This document shows positions 33,001 to 43,423 of a stretch of 58,881 nucleotides of DNA, one piece after another. Below the pieces are notes generated by a model. The model worked only from the letters and a program-made list of their open reading frames with translations, was not told the DNA's origin and searched no databases. A program made the position numbers and the translations under genes. Source of the DNA: Ancylonema sp. (taxonomy: Eukaryota); the NCBI GenBank assembly GCA_050230475.1, contig JBFLGF010000108.1, forward strand, positions 62,001 to 120,881, written 5' to 3'. Every line of letters begins with the position of its first letter. The stretch's first letter is position 1.

Positions 33001-34742
33001 AACTCTGGGATGTCCCCCCACGTCTGGCGAAATCTGACATCACATCAGAACTGGGGTGACCCAATTTGTGATGCCAGACCATGCCTGTGGACAAATTTGC
33101 TGTAGTATCATGAGATCCAGGCATAACGATTGTGGCAGCAAGCAGAGTCAGACACTAGGCTGCTGCAGCACATCAGCCCATTTCACATTTCCCTTGTTTA
33201 AAATTCAGGACCGGGCAGCTGTAGAAAGCTCAGCCCACCTCTTCTGACGAGGCCCGATGTCGACACGAGGGTGCAGGCAAAGGTTGGGCCGTGGATCGAG
33301 CTGAGTGGCTGCACAAAGAAAGCGTCGCCATTCCTCACTCGGATGTGCACGAGACCAGTGCCCTCCACCTTGTGTGACGAGCCGTCAGCAGTGGTGATGA
33401 AGGCCTGCTGCGTGCTCAGGGTAGGTGTGTACTCCACAAAATGTTCACGTGCCGTGAAAATGTGGTCGGTAGCACCTGAATCCAGGATCAGGGAGTGGGA
33501 GTGAGAACCAGCAGACAATGCCCGGGCAACCTCGAACGAGAAAGCACCGAAAGCTAACTAATCCACATTAGCGTTGAAAGGTTTGTCAGCAAAGCGAGCA
33601 AGTCTAGCTTGTGCATCAGCCCTCCTAGCAGCTTCTGGGTTCATTAGAGCCATGTCCAGATGTTTTTTTCTACAATGTTCAATCGTATGCCCTATAATGT
33701 TGCAATATCTGCACTTCTGCCTCCCCCCTGAACTTCCCTGAGTAGCGTGCGCAACATTTCCAGCTGCTGGTGATGTCGCAGGGCACTGGGCAGCTCGGTG
33801 GCTTGCCTAGTGGCACCTGTGACATTTCCAAGGCCCCGCATGGCCTCCGCCAGGAGCTGGTGAAGGGCAGTTCGCTCTGATGTGCCCGAATTTGTGGCAG
33901 CCGAAGCATTCGACGCCTGCAGCGTCTCTGCGACCAGCTCCAGTCGCACCACCAGATCTGCTGCTACCTCCTGCTCCATTTCCCCCCCCAGGTCCACCAT
34001 AGTGCGCTTGGTGACCTCCAGGCAGCGCCCCCCTTTTCCGCTCATTCAGCCTCCTTCCGCACGTCGTCGCGCAGAAGCGCCACTCACGATGTGTGGAATC
34101 GTGAAGAGGTGTGGTGAACGACTCGGACCATGGCAATTAGCGTTGAGACCATTGGGTTGTAATGGCGTGTTTAACAGAGTTCAGCAGGTTGATCGCCTGC
34201 TTCGTCGGAGATACTGGCGCCCCCAGATTCTTATTCTTCAGGTCCTGGTGCAGCTGCTGCAGACGCTTGACGTACCACGTTGAGGTCCTCCGCCTCTGTC
34301 TGAATGATCGCGCTCAGCAGTGCTTCCGTATTTGCGATCTCGATCGCTCCCTGCACCTGGTAGAATGTCCTCAGAGCATCCCACATTCCGGCACCTGTCG
34401 TGCAGTCCGTGACGTGCGTCAGCTCCGAAGGACCTAGGTGCTTCACAATGTACGACATAGCAGCCAGATTGTCTTCATCCCATTTCCCAGCAGCTGCTGG
34501 AAAATCTGCTGCTGTCTGACCAATATTTCGACATCCACGTCGATCCCCCTGGCGGCAAATTGCAGCTCGTTATCAGGTGTCAATGGAAGGATAACGTCTG
34601 GGCGACACTTTCGCGGCAAGCTGTCCTCCCAATCCATAACCAAACGATGCAGTTTCTTATCCGCCAGCCCATACTTCACCTTGAAGGCCCATCCTGTATA
34701 CTCAGCTCCAGTAAATTGAGGGATTTGCGACCTATCCGACAT
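30030..34742 (-). pseudogene. Copia gag-pol with frameshifts and stops
   Basis: gag MSDRSQIPQFTGAEYTGWAFKV; CCHC knuckles; PR LILDSGATDH; IN IHLDLIGP / IRTDKGGEY / NGICER; RT MDVITAFLHGRLEEEVYM / LHVDDQ; RH STAEAEYIAA / NPADMLTKAL. Confidence 0.92.
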
Positions 34743-34980
34743 TATGGCAGCTTAGGATTTTTACAAAATTTCTCGCTCAGCTCGAGTTCTCAGTGCAATT
34801 CCTGCACTGCAGCACTCAGCTCAAATACTTGCAGCGCAATATCAAAATTACGTGCAGACCTTAACAACTACGAATATATTTGCGCTCACTGGCAGAATAT
34901 ACCGTTCACAGAGATTACGGCAGCGAAATCGCGTGGAGCCTTTAGTTTTTAACCTTCACGGCGTCTGAACTAGACCGCAC

Positions 34981-34994
34981 GTGGGCCCATAACC
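34981..34994 (-). promoter_or_regulatory. Copia PBS of the half-tRNAiMet (copia/Ty5/Osser) type
   Basis: GGTTATGGGCCCAC directly follows the 5' LTR on the minus strand. Confidence 0.85.
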
Positions 34995-35512
34995 TCTAAG
35001 CTTTTGAGTGATTAGACGTGCCGGAATAATTAGGTGGGCGACAAAACGAACCGTACCGTACGCAAAAGGATAGGAGGATCTCTATCACTGATGATCAACG
35101 AGACAGGAGTTGCGTCGTGTGTGGAACAACGAATTATAATTGTGATTGCATCGGGGATGGTAATACCCGATGCGCTTTACAGATTGTTGCGTGCCGACGG
35201 TCGGCACAATTGACCGTCGGCCTATCATTGACTGACAGCTCTCCTACATGTCAACGGCACATGCCGGACATTTCTGACACGACTAAACAAGCCAATCACG
35301 ACGCTTCAAACAAATAACGTCTCTAAGCGTCGGAAACATGTCAGGTGCCCGGGCACAATCTTGCCCGGCCCCGCATACAGGCACATCTAGAATATTGCTC
35401 CCGGTTAGAGTAACCGGTCACAACTGGACTAGCACGCATAACATATGGCTATCCAAAATATTCTAACAGATATCGATGACTTTGTAAGTATAACTGGGCA
35501 TCTGCCCTAACT

Positions 35513-35521
35513 CCCCCCCCC
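35513..35521 (-). promoter_or_regulatory. Putative polypurine tract (G9) of the split-repeat element
   Basis: Minus strand CCAGTCT-GGGGGGGGG|AGTTAGGGCAG; the G run abuts the first base of B1. Confidence 0.65.
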
Positions 35522-35629
35522 AGACTGGTAAGTCATGCGTCCACGTCTAGGTTGATGAGGCAGATGTAGGAAGCACGATCGCACTCGCACAGTAGAGCGT
35601 GCGGACGAGCAGAAAACAAGTTGGAGTTG

Positions 35630-37270
35630 TCAGGGTAACGTCGACAACTTGTGGTTGCGTTTGTAAAATTGTTGTAAAATGGATTGTCTACTGGCAGTTG
35701 GACCGGTTGGACTAGTAGTCGAGGATGTATCCAGATCGTGGGTTGAGGTTGGCTGTTGTACTGGTTGTTTATGAAACACCAGCTGTGCCGTTGTTGATGA
35801 AAGGGGCAACTTGTAAGAGAAAAACCCATTGACTCCATCAATTAACAAGAAGTGATCTTCGTTGTCTTCTGATGTTGGTGTTGAGGAGTTGGTGGAAGAC
35901 CGAGGTGTCTCCGAGTCATAAGGAGGAATTCGTAGTCTTGGTAGTAAGGGTAACAGAAGCATGCCATCCATGTATTCAGTCATACGAATGTCATGCCTTG
36001 GTTGCGGGTCCATGAAATCAATGGATGTAGTGTCGTTGTTGCGCTCCGTTGTAGAAGGCAGTAAGTAGTTGAAAATGTCAGCGTTGTTGGAAGGGTTTTC
36101 CACACTTTCAGAGCGTGCTTCTGAATGTGTTTCCATTTCAGACGGAGTGGATGGGGAATGTGTGGAGTCCGAATCACTTAACGGTCGTGGGAATGGTGGT
36201 GTGCGCGGTATATCCCCCCCCCAGCTGCTGTCATCATCCTCCAGATTGCACTTGTTGATGGTAGTGAGGAGACCGCCGTACCATTTAGTGATATTATGAT
36301 CCAACATGCGTCCCAATAATTGACAATTGCGCATATCATTGTAAGAAGTATCCTCTCTAGGCGTTATGGCAATATCATCAATGTCGAAACCCAGAAAACG
36401 TGCTCTTTCTCGTGGATTTGGTGTGCTCCATTCTTTTTTTGATTCATGGAGTAGCATGCCGGCTCCATACACGTAGCAGCCTAGTCCTGGATGCCAAATG
36501 AGTGCGTAGTCGGCAATATCATAGTAAGGGGTAATAGGTGGCATTATAGTGCGTTCGGTGCCACGAATGTTGATGCCTAGTAAATTGATTCGATCGATGA
36601 CACCATTTTGAGGGCGTCGTCCTGGATCAAGGAGTGATGCGATTGTGCATCTTGCAGGGTTGTTGGGTACCGCATTAAACAATTGTTTGGAAGCGAATGT
36701 ATTTTTCCAGATGATGGTGTCCCTGTAGCTATTGCTCCCCATGGGTGCAGCATTGATAATCGTTGGTTGGGCGAAAAACGAGTTGGCCACACAAACGAGT
36801 TCCTTCTCCCACATGGAAAAATCGTGAGAGGTAGCATGATTGAAAAACATGTAAGTTGGACGCCATGGTTGTTGTGTTGACACGTAGCAAAGGAGTTTCG
36901 CCATATTGAACAGCGTTGCCACCCTTGGTTCATGAATGGAGACCACAGGTGGGATGTCACGTACCATTTGAATATTCCAATTGTCACTGACGAAATCAAT
37001 GGCTCCCCATGTGTTGATGATCTTGACGATATCCATCGTGCAGGTTTCATCCAATCGATGAGGAAGTGTCGCATCGAAACCATTGATGGCACTCTCCGGG
37101 AGTAAATCGGGGAATAAAAGGTGTAAATCCCACATTTGACGCCGTAAAGATATGCGTGCCTTCCGGGTCTTGCTCTTGCACGTGAACTTTCTTTATGCGT
37201 TCACCACCATAGAGTAAATACGGAGACCGGAAAGATCGATACCTGCAAAAGGTAACAATACATGTAAGCC
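35630..37270 (-). pseudogene. C5 cytosine DNA-methyltransferase-like domain lacking catalytic residues, retroelement-encoded
   Basis: Motif I-like GLHVLLPFAGI (37270-37238), then a 501-aa ORF with IDFVSDNWNIQ, TYMFFNHA, INAAPMGSNSYRDTIIWKN, PNPRERARFLGF and LLGRMLDHN. These are collinear with the DNMT fragment at 58202-58881. Confidence 0.7.
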
Positions 37271-37342
37271 TTGGTCGTTAGCCTTTGTAGGAAATCTGTT
37301 GTCTGGGGTAAAACAATTGAGTTTGTCGAAGAAGATCCCAGG

Positions 37343-40300
37343 CTAGTAAGGTTCAAAAGCCGTTGTTGCACAGTTTTTGTTGATCGATTTGCGGAGGAAG
37401 TCTGTGCTCTCCTCGTTTAACTCCTCTTGTAAATTCTCCATTTCTTCTGCGTCATCTTCGTCGTATCGGCTGATAAACGGATGTTGTCTGCAGTTAAATG
37501 GCTGGCGTAGGTAATCCAGATCCCTGGTTCTCCAAGGTAGAGGTGGCGCCGTAGGTAAGTTGATCGTGTGTGGTCCTATGAAGTATTGTTGTTGATGTAA
37601 TCGAGCATACTTTCGAAGAGTCGACCTCACGATTGGCGTTGTGTAGTACTCACGTGGCAGTACTGATGCAGGCACCACAGGTGGTTGTAATGATATATTT
37701 GCTTGGTGTCTGTGTGCACTAGGTTGGGAGAAGTCAGCCATGTACATTTGGGCGGTGATCGCCGCGTCGCTACTTACTCGTACGGGAATGCTGCCAATGC
37801 AGTCTCCCGCTTGATCCCAATCTGCACGGTAAAAGAATTTCTTGTACCATGTATCGATGCATCCCCTGATGGTTGCGATGAGTGTGTTCCCAAGAAGCAC
37901 ATCATAGTCCATGGACGGGGAGAGGTGTAATTCCGTCCACACGGTGGTGGGGTTAGGAGTATTCGCACCAATGATGATTGGAAATTTCTCCTTGGTTGTT
38001 CCGAGAGTAAGTTTAGTATCCCCCAATGCCGTTTTGTAAGGAGGTCCCGGGTTGAGGTCCGAGTCCTTGATGCCCAATTGTTTGCGATATGGGACGCCCA
38101 CGATGGTGTTTGTGGCTCTTGAATCCAAAATGAGCTTGACTAGTATTGTTTACTTGATTTGTAAATTACCATCTTTGTTGTCCACCGTAGTTACTTGGTA
38201 TTCTATTGTGGCTGTTTTGGTTGGTGGTAGTATCACCAATGGACACGCGGTTGTCACGGATTTCCGTGTCACCGATAGTTGAGGTTGTGGTTCCTCCAAT
38301 TTGAGAATTAGATCCTCCACCATCTGTAATGACTTTGTGTTGGTCAATGTAAGACGTTGTAGCTCGAGTTTTTGTCGATTGAGCTCCTCCTGCAATGCTT
38401 GTGCCAGTGGAAGAAGCAAAGGCGGGGGTGGATGTGTAAAGTTTTGATGGTTGAGGTTGACCGTACCGGGTTCTAGTGTTGTAGGAAATTGCGGAATCCA
38501 TGTCTCCGGCATTTTCACACTGTATCCGCGGCGACGTCCATAATCTGGTCCTTCTACATCAAATCGCTCCGTATCTTCATATGTTGGAGGGTATGTAGAT
38601 GTATTTGGTGTATGCTCCATAGATGCTTCTTCAAACGTGGTTTGCATTATTTGCACGTGGTGGTGGTGATCTTGGTGTAGACCGTGCTACCAAAGGATAA
38701 TCCACCACACTTGTTGATGAATTTCGTGATTTTCGAGCATCTTCAATCGCAGCCACCCCCACCGACCGGCGAGGTGTTGTCATCATTTGTAATGGTAAAA
38801 ATGGAATTTCGTTCTCACATTCACGTAGTGATGAGTCGACGAAATGCCTGGGTAGTTGTTGCGAAAGTGGAAGAAACGTGTTTGCTTCCGCCTTCGTATT
38901 GTTGATCCTCCCACATGATGCGAGGAAGGTTCTGTCCTGCGGGTAATTCCAACGAAGGAGTGGAGTAGACGGGCATTGTCAGGTTCTGCGCCGTTTTGAA
39001 CTTTCGACACTGTTCAATTGTGTGGCCACTCGCGCCAGAGTGTTGGCAGCGAGCACCTTTGGTGTAATTGTTCGGTCCGTACTGTCGTTGATTCGTTTGG
39101 TTTGAAGTTTTGGGTTGACCATAGGAATCTCCTTTGAATTGTCCTTGAAGTTGTCGTTGTCCTCCAGTTTGTAAGTGTGGAGGTCGGTAAGGTGTTGACT
39201 GAGGTTGACCCGTCGATGTTTTCGATGTTTGGGTGCAGTCCTTTTTGTAATGACCCGGTTGGTTACATCCGTAACACACAATCCCGGATTTGTCGTTTTC
39301 TTTTCCCGTTGCACGATCAACTTGTCGTGGTGTGTAAGTTGATGTCGGTGGAAAGTTTTGTGGACGGTGAAAGATGGAGAGGGGTGATTTTGTCGATTTT
39401 GATAATACCGAGGAGTTTACGCTCGGATTCCGCCCGCGGCGCGAATATCTGCCTCTTGTTTCGCAAGGTATAGTTCGCTTTGGTTCGCCTCCTCCAATAT
39501 TTCTTTCCTTGTAAGTGGATTCCTTCTTGGTGTAGAGAAAAATCTTTCTTTGTTCTCTTTAAAATACCAATCGTTGACGTGCGATTGTAAATGCGATTGT
39601 AAATTCACCGGAATTAATTGTAAGAAGCGGAGCGCCGTCATGGCTCTCCGCTTTTTCGACGACGGTGGCTGCATCATTGTACCGAGGGTAAATAGATGCC
39701 ACGGTGTTTGTTGGTGTAATTGTAATATTATCCAATTTGTTGAGGTATTCCGCCGAAGATATACGAAATCTTTCCTTGATGCGTTGAATAAATTCCACAA
39801 GTTCATGTGGTTCATCGAACGTCGGTTTCACCGGTGGCGTGAGTTTTTCTGCCTTCCTTGCATGCGGTGGTAAAACATGTCCGCGTAATAAGGTGGTAAA
39901 ACATGTCCGCGTAATAATCTCTCCATGAGTCCCGAATGTCGGACGTTTGAGAGTCACCTCTGTTTTCTTCCATGAATTGTTGTCATTCACGTTGTGCTTC
40001 ACCCTGGCAATAAGCTGTGTATCCGGACCGTTTGTCTCGGTTTAGGATTGCGTGATGACTTTGCACGGCGTTGACAAATTCATCTTGTACCGTACCAAGA
40101 GCTCCATGGTATGGTGTAATAGGGGGTAAGCTCGTCATGCCGTCACCACACCCTCCAATACGATTGCGAGGTTTAGGTACGGAAGTGGTAGCCGGCGGAT
40201 CTGGACTTGCCGGTGGTGGTGAGTCGTGCGGTGTTTGTTTGTAAGGATTCGGTGATAAATGTGGTGACCTTGGGGTTGATGATCCAGGTGGCGATCCCGA

Positions 40301-40602
40301 AGGTGACAACGGAGGTGGAGGTGGTGTGGGCTACTCGTGACGGTGAACCAAACCACTCGTGGTGATCGTGGTGGTGACACGGATCGCCCTCGTGGAGATG
40401 TAATTCTAGTGCACGGCGCACTATGTCTCCGTGGGAGTTCCACTACCGGTGGTAAGTTTCCAATTTGATTGTTGACCGGTGGAGGTAGCTCCAAGTTTGT
40501 AGGTCGAAAGTCTGTTGCTTCCGGTGAAATGTTTCGAAAAATATATAAGTTGATATCTGCGACGTCCGAGTTGATGTTGCTGAAACTGTCGGAGTCACTC
40601 AA
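37343..40602 (-). pseudogene. gag-like protein plus retroviral-type aspartic protease (disrupted)
   Basis: Pro/Ser-rich N-terminus, knuckles CYGCNQPGHYKKDC and degenerate CQHSGASGHTIEQC, protease KLILDSRATN...YDVLLGN; in-frame stops and frameshifts. Confidence 0.8.
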
Positions 40603-42496
40603 AGATGTCCTTAGGTAACATAAACTCTTTTGTAGGAAGTCACTCTGACGTTCCTATTGCTCCTCGGCTCTCCGCATTCGCCACTTTTTCGAGTCGTCCT
40701 TATATTCTATACCAGGGCACATACTTGTGGAGCGATTAGCACTGCCCCACCAAGTTGACTATAGCGATGTAGTGAAGATAAGCAGGGTCGAATGAAAGTT
40801 GTAGAATCGTGGTATGCTATCGAAGTTTATAGTTTGTATGCAGATCTCTGAGTTGAAGCGCAGCTTCACTAGCTTTGTCGATGACTTCGAGTCGATCGAG
40901 ATGCTTTTTTCCCCTCCTAAATTGATGTAGGTAGGTTTCAGTAGTTTGTATCAGAAGTTTGTAATGTAAGTTTTCGTCGTAGGAATCGACGATTTTGATG
41001 CAAAAGTTGTACTCCTCACTCGGTGTTGTCGCTCCTTGTAAATGTTCTTGAATTAACAATTTCAGTTGAACTGCAAAAATTCTTATTCAAAACACCAAGT
41101 GCAATGTTTTAGCTCAAATGTGAATTAGATGAGGTGGTTTTTCAAGTAAAAAATCTGTGTAGAAGCGTGTAAAGCACCTGTGAACAAGGGGTGGTGTAAC
41201 AAGCCCACGCGTTCGATACTCAGTAAGTAAGGGTTCTGGTACCCACGTGGTACCCTTAGATAGGCGTGGTAAATCTCTAAGCCGTGGGGCTATCTGAGAG
41301 GGGGAAAGAGATTGAATCTGAGGTGTAACCTTTATAGGAAGATCAGGTGGGCACTAGGTCCTCACAGGGGATAGAGACGGAGCTCAATGTAAGCGAACCA
41401 CTGGTAACCAGATAAAAATCTGTGACAGGGAGTGGTCAATGCAGTCGAGAAATGTATTTTGCAAGAGCACTTCCAAATTACAAAGACTGGTGTAAGACAA
41501 CTTCCAAGTGAACGGGTCACTCGAGGGGAGTGTGATAAATCACGGGGTAAAGTACAGCCTCTCTATTGTTAAGAGATTGGGAAGAGTGCAACCCGAAGGT
41601 GGTACACAGGGTAAGATTTATACCGGATAGAAGCGTCTGAAAAAGGCAGTTTGTAAAACCGGCCTCACTGCTGCAAAAACACTCCGTGGAGGCTCAGACA
41701 AGTTAGCAAGGTTTGACCCTCGTTGGTTTGCAAGTTACGGACTGAACCGCCTGCGCAATCCCAACGAGCTAGCATATCTCAAGGTTACGGTTGTGAGGCA
41801 CGGCTTTCCCTTCGGACTGCCGAACTTGGTGATCCAATCAGACAAGTTTTTGTTTGGTGTGTAAAGTTGTTGACCGCTGAAGGGTCGTACTGTGTAGAAA
41901 TGTAAAAATGTTGTTTGACCCGCAATAGGATCCTTTTGTGTAGGAAATTGGAGTGTCGCTATGGACGTGACAACGGTAAAACTTAACTTTGCCAATTGCC
42001 AGATGCAAAAATCGATACAAAATGATGCAGGTGGGCACACCAGTGTCCAGGATATGATGTAAATCTAAACAACCTAACAGTAGTAAAGACTGCTGGTTGT
42101 CTAAGATGCGAGATGCAGATCAACACACAACTTTTTTTTTTAAAGTTTTGAATCCAGGCAATATGACAAGTTCACAGGTTTCACAGATTTCAAAGATTTG
42201 TGCAGATATTACAGATTTTGCAACCTGGCAATTCTACACGAAACAGTCCTTCACAAAATTCCTAGAGTCTTGTAAATCGATACTCAGATCTGAATCAAAG
42301 TTCACAGAAATATGCGCACGAGCAATTTTTCTACCTCTAGTTGCAATAGCGCGCAGCGCTGAAAGCACATAAGATTGATGGGAGGGAAAAAAAAAATCTG
42401 GCAATTTCAGCTATTTACCTTGACTTCAGATGTCGACGCATAACTTCTGGTCGCCTTGTAAGTGTAGGATCCTCGGAAAGTTGATGGCCAGAGGCC

Positions 42497-42512
42497 CTTT
42501 CGCTGAATCTAA
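42497..42512 (-). promoter_or_regulatory. Putative self-priming primer-binding site
   Basis: CTTTCGCTGAATCTAA (42497-42512) is the exact reverse complement of TTAGATTCAGCGAAAG (42985-43000) inside A1, and sits at the A1/internal boundary. Confidence 0.6.
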
Positions 42513-43423
42513 GGAGTTTTTGCACGCTTGAATCGCGGCAGTGATCGAAAACGATCACCGAAACGTCGGCACAAACGGTCTCTTGACTCGTTACTCTCTC
42601 GCTGCGGGCAAGCAGACAATGCTATCGACACTCTGAGGATTCTAAAAGAGTGTGAAGCAATACAATAACTAAGTAAGAGCACTATAGTTATCGGTCGGCG
42701 ATCAGCTATCTATGTGTAAGTCTTAATTGCTTGTAATCTGCAGCAAAAAAGGACTTTCGGTCTGCAAACTGAGTGTAGCTCTGACTTGCGTCGTGTAAAT
42801 GAGCACAAAGGGTAATTCACGAAAGCGAAGTAAACAGACTAAAGCACGATGAGCGACAACTCGGATGTGCAAGCAGTAAAGACAATCAATCACACTATGC
42901 AAGCAAGCAGATTGCAAGGCAAAGCACACTACACAGAGATACAGATTACACGTGAGGCAAGATAGGATGCAAGTCTCTTCAGCGTTAGATTCAGCGAAAG
43001 CTGAATTCAGAGTTCGAAGTACAAAGGTTACATTCAAAGTTCTACAGACGACGCTAGACGCGTGTCGAAGACGCGTGTCAATCTACAATTCAATCTCCTG
43101 AAATATGCCTCGCGCGCAAATGTCTTATCTACAATATCTATCGTCGGATATTCATAGACGGCTAACATTTATGACAAGTCATCACAAGTTGATTGCTGAC
43201 TAGTACAAAGGTGCCACGTCGGATCGTGCTAAACAAATCTAATTCAAATATTGAGCAGGGGCGCAGGCTGACAACGGGAGCTCGGGAGCGGGACCCGCGA
43301 GCGGGGCGGAAGTTGTAGTGCGGCGGAACTCTTGAGTTGGCGCGGCGCAGACGTGATTTAATATATAGATAGATTTAGAAGATATTCGGGGTAAAATAGC
43401 TAACGATCTCAGACGTCGTGACA
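42511..43423 (-). repeat. A1 repeat (5' terminal repeat of the split-repeat element)
   Basis: Direct repeat of 27845-28740; begins TGTCACGACGTCTGAG on the minus strand. Confidence 0.9.

Larger units (their letters stand above)
28849..35468 (-). mobile_element. Full-length degenerate Ty1/Copia LTR retrotransposon
   Basis: LTRs 35468-34995 and 29303-28849 (start TGTTAG); TSD GATAT at 28844-28848 and 35469-35473; primer-binding site (PBS) GGTTATGGGCCCAC; PPT-like GAGTGGGTG before the 3' LTR; gag-PR-IN-RT-RH order. Confidence 0.95.
27685..43423 (-). mobile_element. Non-autonomous retroelement with split direct repeats (A1-gag-PR-DNMT-like-B1-A2-B2)
   Basis: A1 43423-42511; internal region 42510-35513; B1 35512-35474 plus 28848-28743 (split by Copia); A2 28740-27845; B2 27844-27699 (14-bp end duplication to 27685). 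Outer ends TGTCAC...CACGTCA; flanks CGCG / CGGG. Confidence 0.75.

Noticed and set aside
42456..42466. 11-mer TTGTAAGTGTA shared between the internal leader and repeat B
   Set aside because: Flanks do not align, and it is too short to distinguish from chance.
35513..42510. RT, integrase or tyrosine recombinase within the split-repeat element
   Set aside because: No YxDD, DDE or RHRY motifs were recognised by eye; a very decayed remnant cannot be excluded.
28041..43037. Two identical 104-aa Cys-rich ORFs (28041-28355 and 42723-43037)
   Set aside because: They lie in the identical cores of repeats A2 and A1 and have no recognisable domain.
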